From positions 286,470 through 350,469 of IMG/VR virus record IMGVR_UViG_3300035180_001778: a stretch of 64,000 bases of DNA; one strand, 5' to 3'. The first letter of the stretch is position 1; each line of letters begins with the position of its first letter. The position numbers and the translations under genes are program-made. The notes beneath the pieces were generated by a model, which saw only the letters and a list, made by a program, of their open reading frames with translations, had not been told where the DNA came from and ran no database searches. Positions 44,436 through 53,899 of the stretch are shown here, piece by piece.

Positions 44436-44750
44436 TCAACTCGGATCTCGCCAGCGGTTGGACTCGGGGACGAAGGACTCGACGACCTCTTCAGGGTTGA
44501 CCCTTTTCTTGGCGGGCCGTCGAGTCTCCGGGAGGTCGTACCAGGCGTGGACGGGGTTGGGCGAAGCGTAGAGCTGAATCATCCCTGTCTTGCCCACAGT
44601 CCACATCCGATACCCCCAGCGCTGGCATGTCGCACAGAGGTATCGGGTCACCTTGCGGTTGGAGGCGTCCGGCTGGATCTTCCAGTCGTGTGTGCAGGTT
44701 GTGGGGGTCGTTTCAGGCGTGACCCCCAACCTTACACCAGCAACCCCCAA
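44436..44750 (-). CDS. Zn-ribbon hypothetical protein
   Basis: C.HDW…CATC; stop within GTTGATC; start uncertain. Confidence 0.55.
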   Translation of the reverse strand: MGVAGVRLGVTPETTPTTCTHDWKIQPDASNRKVTRYLCATCQRWGYRMWTVGKTGMIQLYASPNPVHAWYDLPETRRPAKKRVNPEEVVESFVPESNRWRDPS

Positions 44751-44754
44751 AAGC

Positions 44755-45678
44755 TCAGACGAAGGAAAGCGCCGTCAGGGCCCGGCTAGAGAACTCGGGG
44801 GGCGTGGATGCGAGCATGGGGATCTCGACGAGCCGCGTGAACTTCAGGCTCTTGACGAGGGTGAGAATCTCGTATGGGCTGGAGTAGTGGAGAAGCGCGA
44901 AGACAGGGAAGGGCTCGACGAGCTTCCGGATCAGGATGGCACCCTGATCGTAGTAGTTGACGGCATTCCGGGCGCTCATGTCGCCGCCCGTCCACATGGT
45001 CCAAATCGCCTCTTTGCCATGGTACGCCGTCAGCAGGTCATCGAGAGCCAGCGCAATCCCATCCTTGGTCGGACAGGGATTCCAGTTCTCTTGCCAGCCC
45101 GTCTCATCTGCGCAGGACGCGGGCCCAGAGAACGCCCGCGGGTGGGTCTCATGAAGACCCACAGTTCGCCCGCAATGCGTACATGTGTGTACGACGAGAT
45201 TGACCGCCTTGAGGGACCCGTCGTCTTGTTCGACGTAGTTCTTCCCTCCCATGCGAGGTGTAGGCCCGGGGTCCTCGTGCATTCCCCCCGTCAGATGAGG
45301 GCTGAGAACATCCCAGTTGATGCTCTCAGGGATCTTCAGCGGATTATCGAGGCTCGCGATGTCCTCGTAATACAGGCTACCCATTTTATTCCACCACTTG
45401 TTGTGGAATAGCACGGTTCCGGCGGGTTCTCCGCCATAGCCACCCACGCTGGGCAGACCATCGGAGCGGGCTCCCCGGTAGCATCGGGTCCCCCAACGGA
45501 GGCCAAAGATGGGGAGAAGGCTGTCGATCTGCTTCTGGCGGTCATCTTCGTGGGTTGAGCCACACAGGAACGGTCCGCCAGGAAGCCGTGGATCGAGAGG
45601 GTCAATCCACCAGTAGGTGTTGCAGCCGGGGTGCGAGCACTTGACCTCGACAGTTCCCTTCGGGCGTAGATCATCCAT
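44755..45678 (-). CDS. Cys/His-rich hypothetical protein
   Basis: 307-aa ORF. Confidence 0.8.
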   Translation of the reverse strand: MDDLRPKGTVEVKCSHPGCNTYWWIDPLDPRLPGGPFLCGSTHEDDRQKQIDSLLPIFGLRWGTRCYRGARSDGLPSVGGYGGEPAGTVLFHNKWWNKMGSLYYEDIASLDNPLKIPESINWDVLSPHLTGGMHEDPGPTPRMGGKNYVEQDDGSLKAVNLVVHTCTHCGRTVGLHETHPRAFSGPASCADETGWQENWNPCPTKDGIALALDDLLTAYHGKEAIWTMWTGGDMSARNAVNYYDQGAILIRKLVEPFPVFALLHYSSPYEILTLVKSLKFTRLVEIPMLASTPPEFSSRALTALSFV

Positions 45679-45701
45679 AACCAAGGTTGCACCCGAGAGG
45701 T

Positions 45702-46139
45702 TTATCGCTTGATGTCTTCGGAGATGGGAGCGTTCGTGTGCGCCTTGCCGTCGAACTGCCGCAGCTTCTCGGGGTGCGGGGGGGCGTTCTCACCGTTGAT
45801 ACGCGAAACATCTGCGTACCTAAGCCCGGAGAACGAGAACTCCACACCATCCGTGGCGAGGGGAGAGGGCTTCACCATTCGAGCGAGGATCCGCTGGAGA
45901 GCGCCGATGGTCCATTCGACGACGGGGCCCCCGAGCGGGAAGCTTGCCCGCACAGAGTGGCCGAAGCTGGACAGGACAGCCTCGAACTCCCATTTCTTGG
46001 AAATGTGGGAGGTAGTTGACCCGTCCTTCTTCGCCAGGACGGGCGACTCCCAAGTATGGGTTTGCTCGACGATGTTGAGGGTCAAACCTCCATTGTGAAT
46101 GTGGAAGTACGAGGATTCGATGATGTTGGAGCTTTTCAT
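45702..46139 (-). CDS. hypothetical protein
   Basis: 145-aa ORF. Confidence 0.65.
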   Translation of the reverse strand: MKSSNIIESSYFHIHNGGLTLNIVEQTHTWESPVLAKKDGSTTSHISKKWEFEAVLSSFGHSVRASFPLGGPVVEWTIGALQRILARMVKPSPLATDGVEFSFSGLRYADVSRINGENAPPHPEKLRQFDGKAHTNAPISEDIKR

Positions 46140-46158
46140 CCCCCGCTCTACACCGATG

Positions 46159-46392
46159 TCAGCCCGCGTCGACCGAGCGGAACTCCGGTTCGTCGATCTC
46201 CCTGCGAAGCTCGGCCATCTGCTCCGGAGTCACTGCTTTCGCTACCCGCTTGCAGAACCCCCAAATGGCGAGGTCCCCCGTGTCGTCGGGAGCTTCGGCC
46301 ACGGAAGGTTCCATGAGGTCCACCACAAGCCCCAGGGTGTGCTTGTAGATGTCACGCTCGCTGCTCTGCCCGGAGATGCTGCCCGAGGGCAT
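46159..46392 (-). CDS. hypothetical protein
   Basis: Coding-like 3' part of a longer ORF; start uncertain. Confidence 0.45.
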   Translation of the reverse strand: MPSGSISGQSSERDIYKHTLGLVVDLMEPSVAEAPDDTGDLAIWGFCKRVAKAVTPEQMAELRREIDEPEFRSVDAG

Positions 46393-46573
46393 GTCGGGGT
46401 CAGATGCCACGCTCGCGTCAGGAATGAAGCTCGTGAACTCGATGTAGGGGGCGTCGTCGCTTGTGGTGCATGATCGTTCTCCTTCTGCGGGGCTGGCGTC
46501 ACCAGCGCGGTCAGGAAGAACGTTTTCGTGGACATGGGGAGCCTCTATACCAAGGAGGCCCCTCTGTCCAGAA

Positions 46574-47038
46574 TCACCCTTGGAACTTGAAGCCCCGAAC
46601 CCTGAGATCGTCCTTCGAGATGATGCTTGGGAGACCCTTGACGACAGCGACGGCCTCCTCGTAGCACGAGGCCCAGTAGACGTAGAAGTCGTCATCCCCT
46701 CCCGACACCGAAACCACACAGGAACCCACCTGGTACTTGTCCGAGTGTTTCGCCATGGCTTCGGCCATCTTCTTGGAGACGGGCTCCGTGATGTGGATCC
46801 CGACGAGCCCACGATCGAAGCAGGGGTACCAGTAGTCGGTGGTCGGCCGGAAGCTGTAGCCAGCCAGGGCGAGCCGTTTCCTGTAGTCATCGTTGCCCGC
46901 GAGACGAGCTTCGTAGGCATCCTCGAAGCAGATGCCGCAGCGATCCCCCGTGTAGTAGCCGTGCATCTCGTGGCAGCCCGCCGCATTCGGGTGAGGGTCG
47001 CGAACGGCGCACCATTTCTTGGTTTCGGGGGGAGTCAT
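46574..47038 (-). CDS. hypothetical protein
   Basis: Promoter 47046-47074 at N8. Confidence 0.8.
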   Translation of the reverse strand: MTPPETKKWCAVRDPHPNAAGCHEMHGYYTGDRCGICFEDAYEARLAGNDDYRKRLALAGYSFRPTTDYWYPCFDRGLVGIHITEPVSKKMAEAMAKHSDKYQVGSCVVSVSGGDDDFYVYWASCYEEAVAVVKGLPSIISKDDLRVRGFKFQG

Positions 47039-47119
47039 GGGGGTCCTACAGGAAATCCGAGTTCGGGATCAACCGAAAGAAACGTCTACCCCAAGAGCCG
47101 CATGGTGTAAATTGGACCC

Positions 47120-47350
47120 ATGGCCAGAGATGAAGACGGGCTCTGCGGGAAGTGTTTCTTTCGCGCGGACAGCAAGAGGCGGGTGACCGAGTTCGTGCGC
47201 CTCAAGCTCGAACGAGGGCAGGATGCCACGAAGGGTCTGCTTTGCGACCCTCAGCCCAAGCACGAGTGCAAGCAGCACGAGGGCTACGGGGTCGACCCGG
47301 CGGAGACCCGCATCGAGTGCCGGGACTTCTCCGCGACCGTGACGGTGTAG
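47120..47350 (+). CDS. Cys-rich small protein
   Basis: GGTGTA-N10-ATG; CGKC…C. Confidence 0.7.
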   Translation: MARDEDGLCGKCFFRADSKRRVTEFVRLKLERGQDATKGLLCDPQPKHECKQHEGYGVDPAETRIECRDFSATVTV

Positions 47351-47358
47351 AAGGCCGC

Positions 47359-47562
47359 ATGGCCATCAAACCGCACGATTACGGTGCCGATGGGGGTTGC
47401 AATCGCTGCTCCCACGACTCGTTCTCCTCGTATTCCTATGGGTGCGAGGAGAACCCCAAGAAGATTCTCGACCGGCGTCTAGGGATGGTCGAGAATCCCA
47501 AATATCAAGCTCCTACTGTCTGGGAGCGCCTCGACAAGGACCTCTCCGACACGAAGGAATGA
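47359..47562 (+). CDS. Cys small protein with W-tail
   Basis: CNRC; ends APTVWERLDKDLSDTKE. Confidence 0.75.
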   Translation: MAIKPHDYGADGGCNRCSHDSFSSYSYGCEENPKKILDRRLGMVENPKYQAPTVWERLDKDLSDTKE

Positions 47563-47563
47563 T

Positions 47564-48130
47564 ATGGCAACCCCCGGCATCCGCAACGTCTGGAAACGCA
47601 TCGTCGACCTCTGGTATGAGGGGAACACACAGATCATGGGACACAACGGCATCACCATGGCCGTGGGCCGCATGTTCGATGAGTGGTCTTCCGCGCACGA
47701 TGAAAGTCGTGCATACCCCGCGGAGGGCAGCACTTTCGCTGGTTGGCTGAACCCCAACTGGGAAACGTACGTGCCTCCCCCGCCCGTCAAGAACGAAGAG
47801 GAGATTCGCCGGCTTCTCATCTGCTGTGCTGAGGGGTGGGCTGTGGACCGCCGAACCCAGCAAGTGGTCTCGGGGATCTACGACCACTTCAAGGGAGGCG
47901 TCTACATCGTGCTGCTCCCTCTGCACAAGTGGACGGGAGACGAAGGGGGTCAGGTGGTCCTCTACACGAACCTGACGAGCGAGGTGTTCGCCAGGCATGT
48001 CGACGTCTGGACCGAGATCGTGAAGTGGCCCGACGGGAAGTACCGGCCCCGTTTCGTTCTTCGGGGGGACCCGAGCAAGGAGCCCTCCTTCAAGGTCCTC
48101 GCATCGAGCGGCTTGCCCCGTACGGCTTGA
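47564..48130 (+). CDS. protein with C-terminal DUF1653-like domain
   Basis: Y.HFKGG.Y.V…VVLY…FAR…W.E…PRF. Confidence 0.75.
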   Translation: MATPGIRNVWKRIVDLWYEGNTQIMGHNGITMAVGRMFDEWSSAHDESRAYPAEGSTFAGWLNPNWETYVPPPPVKNEEEIRRLLICCAEGWAVDRRTQQVVSGIYDHFKGGVYIVLLPLHKWTGDEGGQVVLYTNLTSEVFARHVDVWTEIVKWPDGKYRPRFVLRGDPSKEPSFKVLASSGLPRTA

Positions 48131-48131
48131 G

Positions 48132-48308
48132 ATGGGCTCGTTCAGCAAGAAGTGCCCTGTCTGCAAGAAGAAGCGTCGCTTTGCCCCCACAGGGGCTCGT
48201 ACGACTCCGGGACATCAACCGAAAGAGGGTTGGGTCAAGAGTGGCACTCTCTGGGTCTGCAAGTGGTGTGTGCAGTTCAAACGATTCATCTACGTGCCAA
48301 CCCCATGA
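48132..48308 (+). CDS. 58-aa Zn-finger protein (not in ORF track)
   Basis: KCPVC…VCKWC; coupled to next ATG. Confidence 0.65.
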   Translation: MGSFSKKCPVCKKKRRFAPTGARTTPGHQPKEGWVKSGTLWVCKWCVQFKRFIYVPTP

Positions 48309-48726
48309 CTGACGATCTGGACGAAGACCGACTGCCTGAGCACAAGCCCGAGGAGCTGATCGGAGACCCCCACAAGTGGCAACTCTTGCGAGAGAAGCCC
48401 TACCGGGGGACGACCAAGCATCTCTTCGTCTGCCTCAACTGTCGTCGGCATATCGTGTGGGTCGCCGGGATGCTGACTTGGGGGGCTCCGAATCCCATCG
48501 ACTGTCTGCCCCCTTGGGGTGTGCAGGAACTCCCGCGAAGTGGAAGTCGATGTCCCACGAAGCTCAAGATCGTCTTCGCAAGTGTATGCTCTGGATCCCC
48601 GAAGAGGGGGTCGACGAAGAGGTCTTTCGAGAGGCAATGAGGCGATGGGAGCTGGGCCATGAAGCCCCCCAGCATCCCTATGACAGCGAGTGGCCCACTT
48701 GGGACCCTCGTCCGGAGAAGTTCTGA
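48305..48726 (+). CDS. hypothetical protein, apparent 1-nt deletion in G-run near 48517
   Basis: MTDDLDED…IDCLPPWG joins CAGTPAKWKSM… in another frame. Confidence 0.6.
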
Positions 48727-48921
48727 TGACTGTCTGGGAGGATATCAGCCGGCTCGACCCCGACGGCTCAAGCGAGCCGTCGGGGTCGAGCCCGACTACG
48801 CGCCATCTTCAAGGAGATCCTCGCGGACCCGAGCACGAGCGAGATCGTCAAGCGGACAGCTCGCTCGGCTGTGGAGCGTCTCGACCACATGGACGCTCTT
48901 GGGATTCAGGGGATGGCCTAG
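48726..48921 (+). pseudogene. small ORF broken by two frameshifts
   Basis: MTVWEDISRLD / LKRAVGVEPDY / AIFKEILADP… lie in three frames. Confidence 0.45.
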
Positions 48922-49640
48922 CGTCGCTTGGGGCGACGGCCAGGGACGGGAGCCGTGATGGCTTGGGGCGGGTTCGCCGCGACCTCTGCCTTGTATTCGG
49001 GCAGCTTGGCCCTGAAGGCATGCTCAAACGCCGCAGCCCCATACTTCTGACTCAGTTCGCTTGAACTGTAGGCCCATTTGAGCTTGATGGGGAAGGTCAC
49101 CACATCTGCCGAGTAACCTTGAGGGTCTTTCTCCCACTTCCAGTCCACATCAACGACGGCTCCGGTCTTTTTGAAGGTCGCCTCCAGCTCATCCTCATGG
49201 AGGTCGTGCGTGGCGGGCACCTCTGTTCGCCCGTTATCGTTGTTGTCGTCGTAGGTGTACATCGCTCCCCAAGCGGTGGTCTTCACTTCGATAGAGGTAT
49301 TCTCAATATCGAAGTCGAAGAAAGTCTCATCTTCGGGTGAGAGATCAAAGATGGACAGTGAGGTGATCACATGATTGACCCATTTTGCGAATCGGGGTCG
49401 TTCGTGTTCGATGACGTCGGTCCATCGGAAGTCCAGCTCCGCCAGCGCATGCTTCACCAACTCGTCGTCGGAGGCGTTGGGGTACTTCTTGAGGGTGTCC
49501 TCTCCTATCGAGGTCTCCAACGCCACATCCTTCGCCCGTTCGTCGATCTTCGACTTGTTGACTTGGGCGATCTTGTCGAAGAGCTTCCAGATCCAGGGAG
49601 ACATCTTCACGTTGGCCCGTCGGTCGTAGGAGTACATCAC
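48918..49640 (-). CDS. hypothetical protein (MYSYDR start)
   Basis: 240-aa ORF, more AT-rich codons. Confidence 0.8.
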   Translation of the reverse strand: MMYSYDRRANVKMSPWIWKLFDKIAQVNKSKIDERAKDVALETSIGEDTLKKYPNASDDELVKHALAELDFRWTDVIEHERPRFAKWVNHVITSLSIFDLSPEDETFFDFDIENTSIEVKTTAWGAMYTYDDNNDNGRTEVPATHDLHEDELEATFKKTGAVVDVDWKWEKDPQGYSADVVTFPIKLKWAYSSSELSQKYGAAAFEHAFRAKLPEYKAEVAANPPQAITAPVPGRRPKRR

Positions 49641-49701
49641 TCAGAGAGATCCATAAGAGCCCTACTGGGGGCCGCAGTTCTTTTTATCCCGAGCTTGGGG
49701 T

Positions 49702-50228
49702 ATGAACAAGCTCATTTTCATCTCAGTTCTCGTTGGGATCCTCGCCTCTTGCAGCTCGATCGAACCTGTGGGGGTCCGCTCTCAGGCTCTCGGGTCGGGA
49801 GGTACAGGCGGCACGGGAGGGGCAGGGGGAGCCCCTGTCGAGTGCGACTTCTGCGCGAACGTGCTCGGGAACATCGGGTACGACGACATGCCGCCGCGGG
49901 TTCTCTGTGAGGCCTCGCAGGGGGTCTACGATGCCGCTGTGAGCTGCTTCTGTGCCCAGCCGGAGTGCGGCTCGACCTTCTGCCAGAGCCCCCAGCAAGT
50001 CCCCGACACGGACTGCAAGGTGGCGATGATCCTCGCCTGCTACGACGAGTTCTACGCCTGCGTGGACGATGGCCAGCTCCCCCCCCGGTCTGCTCGGACT
50101 ACTACAGCACGACGTGCCAGGGTGGGGCTTTCTGCGCGGACGACGATCAGATCTTCTGCCCTGAAGGCATGACCTGTACGTCGTGCTGCAACTCGGACGG
50201 GTCGTTCGGCTCCCCCGAGTGTCGCTGA
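49702..50228 (+). CDS. Cys-rich myxobacterial-type lipoprotein, frameshift in C-run near 50080
   Basis: MNKLIFISVLVGILAS-C, GSGGTGGTGGAGGA linker, many Cys. Confidence 0.75.
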
Positions 50229-50527
50229 TCAGTCCTCTTTCGCCCGCTGCGTACTCACGTAGATGTCTACATGCTCGTCCAGCGGGCACGAGTCCTTGAC
50301 GATCACACCCTCCTTCTTGAGGATATCGAAGAACACCGGAGACATGCGGTGCGACGAGACGCCTGTCATGACGAGGATCCTCTCCCCGTCGTGGTGCGCC
50401 CAAACCTCTCCCCGTCGTGGTGCGCCCAAACCGCTCCGCGTTTGATGCTCTCCCAGAAGGACGCGACGTCCTTCCAGGTGAAGTACTCGGACTCATTGAA
50501 CGTTCTAGCGAAGAAATCCATGTTCAT
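50229..50527 (-). pseudogene. hypothetical protein frameshifted by 26-nt duplication
   Basis: Promoter 50546-50573; removing one copy gives a 90-aa ORF. Confidence 0.75.
50379..50432. repeat. 26-nt tandem duplication
   Basis: CCTCTCCCCGTCGTGGTGCGCCCAAA x2 + CC. Confidence 0.95.
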
Positions 50528-50582
50528 CCTCCAGGTGAGCCCCTTCTACAGAGGGGAGGGGTGCGGATCAACCCGGCAACGA

Positions 50583-51302
50583 TCAGTCTGCGTACTCCCG
50601 CTTGAACTCCTCGCGCAGCTCGATGATTCGCGACTCGGGGAACTGCTTGGGGGTCATCGAGAACGTATCCCAAGGACGAATGACCGGGGCCAGATAGGTG
50701 GTCCTGTTCCGGGCGCTCATCCCACAGAGTGCCCGCTCATCTGCCGTCATCTCTCGGTACTGACGAGCCCAGCCCGGCCGTGATGTCAGGAAGAGCGCGA
50801 GGCACTCGTCTTCGACGTCCAGCAAGATGGCCATGTGGATCGACTGCCCATCCGAGTGCGCAGCAACGCGGCCGATCTCCAGCTTCCGAGCTTCTCTGAG
50901 CTGGATCTGTCGTTCGGCTTGCTGCTTCTGCCAGCGCTCTTCTTCCAGACGCCGGGCCTCCTCAGACCTCTGTTGCTCCAGAGCCAGGCTTGCCCGGGAC
51001 TTGTGCTTGTCAGCTTGGTCTTGTCGGACTTCAGAGAGTGCCCCGCGGTACTTCTTGAGGAGCACGTTCCTTTTGGCGGCAGCTTCCGATGCCTTCCCAA
51101 TCGACTCGTGCTGTTCGAGGACCTCGACCACGTCGATAGGGGTCGGATTCCCCGTGCGAACCAAGAAGGGGATGAGCTGGTTTTCTTCCCCGAGCCCAAC
51201 TCCATACGTGTACGTGATCACAGGAGGCACTTCGGGGACCGTTCCGGGTGGTGGTACGCCTCGCATCCAATCTTCACGGCTGTACTCTTCATCGGAAGGC
51301 AT
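50583..51302 (-). CDS. coiled-coil hypothetical protein
   Basis: Promoter 51310-51338 at N8. Confidence 0.8.
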   Translation of the reverse strand: MPSDEEYSREDWMRGVPPPGTVPEVPPVITYTYGVGLGEENQLIPFLVRTGNPTPIDVVEVLEQHESIGKASEAAAKRNVLLKKYRGALSEVRQDQADKHKSRASLALEQQRSEEARRLEEERWQKQQAERQIQLREARKLEIGRVAAHSDGQSIHMAILLDVEDECLALFLTSRPGWARQYREMTADERALCGMSARNRTTYLAPVIRPWDTFSMTPKQFPESRIIELREEFKREYAD

Positions 51303-51355
51303 GGCTTTTCTACAAGGTTGGAGGGCCGCGGATCAACTGGTGTATGGGCAAGAGG

Positions 51356-51778
51356 ATGACAGGACGTGCGGGACAGGTCATGGGCGAGACGGCAGAGCTT
51401 CTCGCGTCGCTCTGCTTCGAGGTGTGTCCCAACAGGATGCCATCCTGTGTGACTTCAGTACGGCGTGCAACACAAGAAGAGGACCACCAAGGGATTGACC
51501 TCGTGGTCGTCATCGACGCCGGCATCTTGAATGTTCAGGTGAAGTCGAGCTGGAAGCGAGCCCAAGAGTTCAAGAAGAAGCACCCCGACATCCCCGTGCT
51601 TGTGGTTCACCCCGAGGACTCCGAGGAGCACGTTCGCAGGAACCTCTTGAGCATTCTGGGGCAAGAGCGTGCGAAGCTCGTTCCGGGGTACACAGCGAAG
51701 CCGCCGCGTGGGGACAGAGGCAAAACGACGAAGGCGATCCCCCTGATGTTCTCTTTGGGGGATCGCCTTCGTCGTTAG
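51356..51778 (+). CDS. PD-(D/E)XK nuclease-like protein
   Basis: ED.QGIDL…NVQVKS; start uncertain. Confidence 0.65.
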   Translation: MTGRAGQVMGETAELLASLCFEVCPNRMPSCVTSVRRATQEEDHQGIDLVVVIDAGILNVQVKSSWKRAQEFKKKHPDIPVLVVHPEDSEEHVRRNLLSILGQERAKLVPGYTAKPPRGDRGKTTKAIPLMFSLGDRLRR

Positions 51779-52080
51779 AAGTCGTCGTCTTCGTCGAGCA
51801 CTTCCCACGCTGTGGGAGGCTTCACTTCTCCGAAGGGGCGCCAGAGGATGCGTCCCTTGCGGAAGACCGCAACGTCAACAAGCCCGAGATCCCATCTCTG
51901 ATACCACAGGGTATTGCCGAGAGTCTGAGCCTCCAGGAGGAGGCTGAAGCGGCCCATCATCTGGGGCACCACCAGATCCCCATAGTCGAGGCCCACAGAC
52001 CTCCAAGGAAGACGCCCGACAAGCAGTGCCCTCCCTTTCCCTTGGAGGCGGACTTTGACCGAGTAGCTTCGGATGGGCAT
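51775..52080 (-). CDS. hypothetical protein with W-tail
   Basis: Ends PPTAWEVLDEDDDF. Confidence 0.7.
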   Translation of the reverse strand: MPIRSYSVKVRLQGKGRALLVGRLPWRSVGLDYGDLVVPQMMGRFSLLLEAQTLGNTLWYQRWDLGLVDVAVFRKGRILWRPFGEVKPPTAWEVLDEDDDF

Positions 52081-52091
52081 GGCCTCCCCAG

Positions 52092-52628
52092 CTACACCTC
52101 GATGCGGGGGAGGATCTCGATCTTCATGCCCTTCCACCCCTCGAAGCGAGACTTCTCCGACATCAGGTCTTTGAGCACCTCGATGGGGAGACCTTCGAGT
52201 TCGAGGCGCGAGAAGTACTTCTGCCCTTGGAGGGAGGGCTCGACTCCTTTCATCATGAGCCGGTAGGTCACGAAGGCCTTCCCATCCCACGCCTCTTGGA
52301 TCCGGGTCGTGACTCCCTCGGTTCCCAGGTCCTTCGCCGAATCCCCCAGCGGGAAGCTGTAGTGTCCGCTTTCGTCGGGCACCATGAGGAAGCTGTTGAA
52401 GTCGTTCGACGGGACGATGACCCGGGTCTCACGGACGAAGAAGAGCGAGGCACCCTTTGAGAGCAGCTCGAAAGGGAGGGAGAGAGGGAAGGTGATGGGG
52501 AACAGGAAGATGTTCATCATCGCGTTGGCCAAGCCAGGGCCAGCCCCAGAGCCTCCCGAGCAGGGGTTCAGAATCTTCTCGGCTCGGGTACGAGCCCAGT
52601 GCCAGACTTTGTATGCGATTTCTTTCAT
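52092..52628 (-). CDS. hypothetical protein, one TM helix
   Basis: 178-aa ORF. Confidence 0.75.
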   Translation of the reverse strand: MKEIAYKVWHWARTRAEKILNPCSGGSGAGPGLANAMMNIFLFPITFPLSLPFELLSKGASLFFVRETRVIVPSNDFNSFLMVPDESGHYSFPLGDSAKDLGTEGVTTRIQEAWDGKAFVTYRLMMKGVEPSLQGQKYFSRLELEGLPIEVLKDLMSEKSRFEGWKGMKIEILPRIEV

Positions 52629-52646
52629 GATTTCCTCAGAACTGGT

Positions 52647-52892
52647 TCAAGGTTTGAACCAGAGGTACACGGCGACAATCAAGCAAGGAGGCCCAGTCAG
52701 GATCATCACCATGCATTGGGTGGGAGACCATCCCGCGGCCTTTCCGATGAGCCATCCGAACAGAAGCTCGACGCCCACGATGGTGAGGAGAGCGAAGACC
52801 CAGCCACGCAAGACCGTCCAGGTGAGGGCATTGGGCCAGCGGAGCTTCCACGACTCCAGCTTGGGGTCATGGGTCAGACGGGTTCTGTACAT
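52647..52892 (-). CDS. 2-TM membrane protein
   Basis: Two hydrophobic segments. Confidence 0.65.
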   Translation of the reverse strand: MYRTRLTHDPKLESWKLRWPNALTWTVLRGWVFALLTIVGVELLFGWLIGKAAGWSPTQCMVMILTGPPCLIVAVYLWFKP

Positions 52893-53245
52893 GATCCCTC
52901 AGAGCGTGATGAGTTCGTCGGCGAGGAGCATGAGAGCACGGGCTGCCTGGTAGGTTTGCCCGTCGATGCGATCCTCGAAGCGGCTGGCGAAGAGGTCGAA
53001 CTCTTCTTGGGGAGATGGATCATGTCTTCCGTGATGGACAAGCTGCCCATCAGATCGATCCCTCGATCGACGATCGGGGGCAGCTCATGGGGGTGAGGGA
53101 AGTCTCCCGCACGATCCAGGTCGGTCACGAGGAGCCCGATCCGTCGAGCGAAGAGGGGGCGGGCGCTTTTCTTCGCTTCGACGAAGAGTTTGCCCAGCTC
53201 TGTACGCGCAACGGCAAGAGCCTTTTCGGTGTGCAGTTGAAGCAT
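52874..53245 (-). CDS. hypothetical protein
   Basis: 123-aa ORF in run. Confidence 0.55.
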   Translation of the reverse strand: MLQLHTEKALAVARTELGKLFVEAKKSARPLFARRIGLLVTDLDRAGDFPHPHELPPIVDRGIDLMGSLSITEDMIHLPKKSSTSSPAASRIASTGKPTRQPVLSCSSPTNSSRSEGSCTEPV

Positions 53246-53258
53246 GGAGGTCTCCGAT

Positions 53259-53576
53259 TCAATCGATCTGGGTGAGGGTGTCTGCGAGGCGGAGGAGCGC
53301 GGTGACGGCTCGACAAGCGGTGTTGGACAGCTCGGTCGGGCGCTCCAGCTTGACCCCGTCCTTGTCCTCTTCGAGGAACTTCTCGAACGGCGCCAGGGTG
53401 TCCAGCCCGGAGTGAATGGCAGCGGCCATGCTGAACGGGTAGTCGGCTGCCTTCAGCATGTAGGAGATCAACCCTGCCTGACGGGCGAGGATGGGCCGGG
53501 TCTCCTTCGCGTCTCGGCCGAGATTCCGCAGGGAAGCGATGGCGTCGTTCATACAGTTTTCGAGGTGGTTGGGCAT
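53259..53576 (-). CDS. helical hypothetical protein
   Basis: Start set by promoter 53585-53613. Confidence 0.75.
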   Translation of the reverse strand: MPNHLENCMNDAIASLRNLGRDAKETRPILARQAGLISYMLKAADYPFSMAAAIHSGLDTLAPFEKFLEEDKDGVKLERPTELSNTACRAVTALLRLADTLTQID

Positions 53577-53705
53577 GGTTCCTAGTACACCCCCAACAGC
53601 TCCACGATCAACCGCAGCGTGAGTTCCGTCCCCACGGTATGAGTGATTCCCCGTAGAGTTCCTCTTATTATTCCGTCCAGTCGTCTTCTTAGGAGGAGAC
53701 ACCAC

Positions 53706-53894
53706 ATGGGTTTCACATCACCGCCGCCCCCGCCCGATCGTATTGCCGCAGAACTCTGGAAGGTGTCCATCACGTTCGAGTCCCGCGACATTTCTCCTGA
53801 CCTCGTGTGGGAGAAGCTCGACTACAACGAACAGGTCAAGTGGATCTCGATTGCAAAGAAGGCAATCGAGATGATGTACAACCCCAAGTCCTGA
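53706..53894 (+). CDS. 62-aa helical protein
   Basis: AGGAGG SD; …LVWEKLDYNEQVKW…. Confidence 0.75.
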   Translation: MGFTSPPPPPDRIAAELWKVSITFESRDISPDLVWEKLDYNEQVKWISIAKKAIEMMYNPKS

Positions 53895-53899
53895 TCTCC

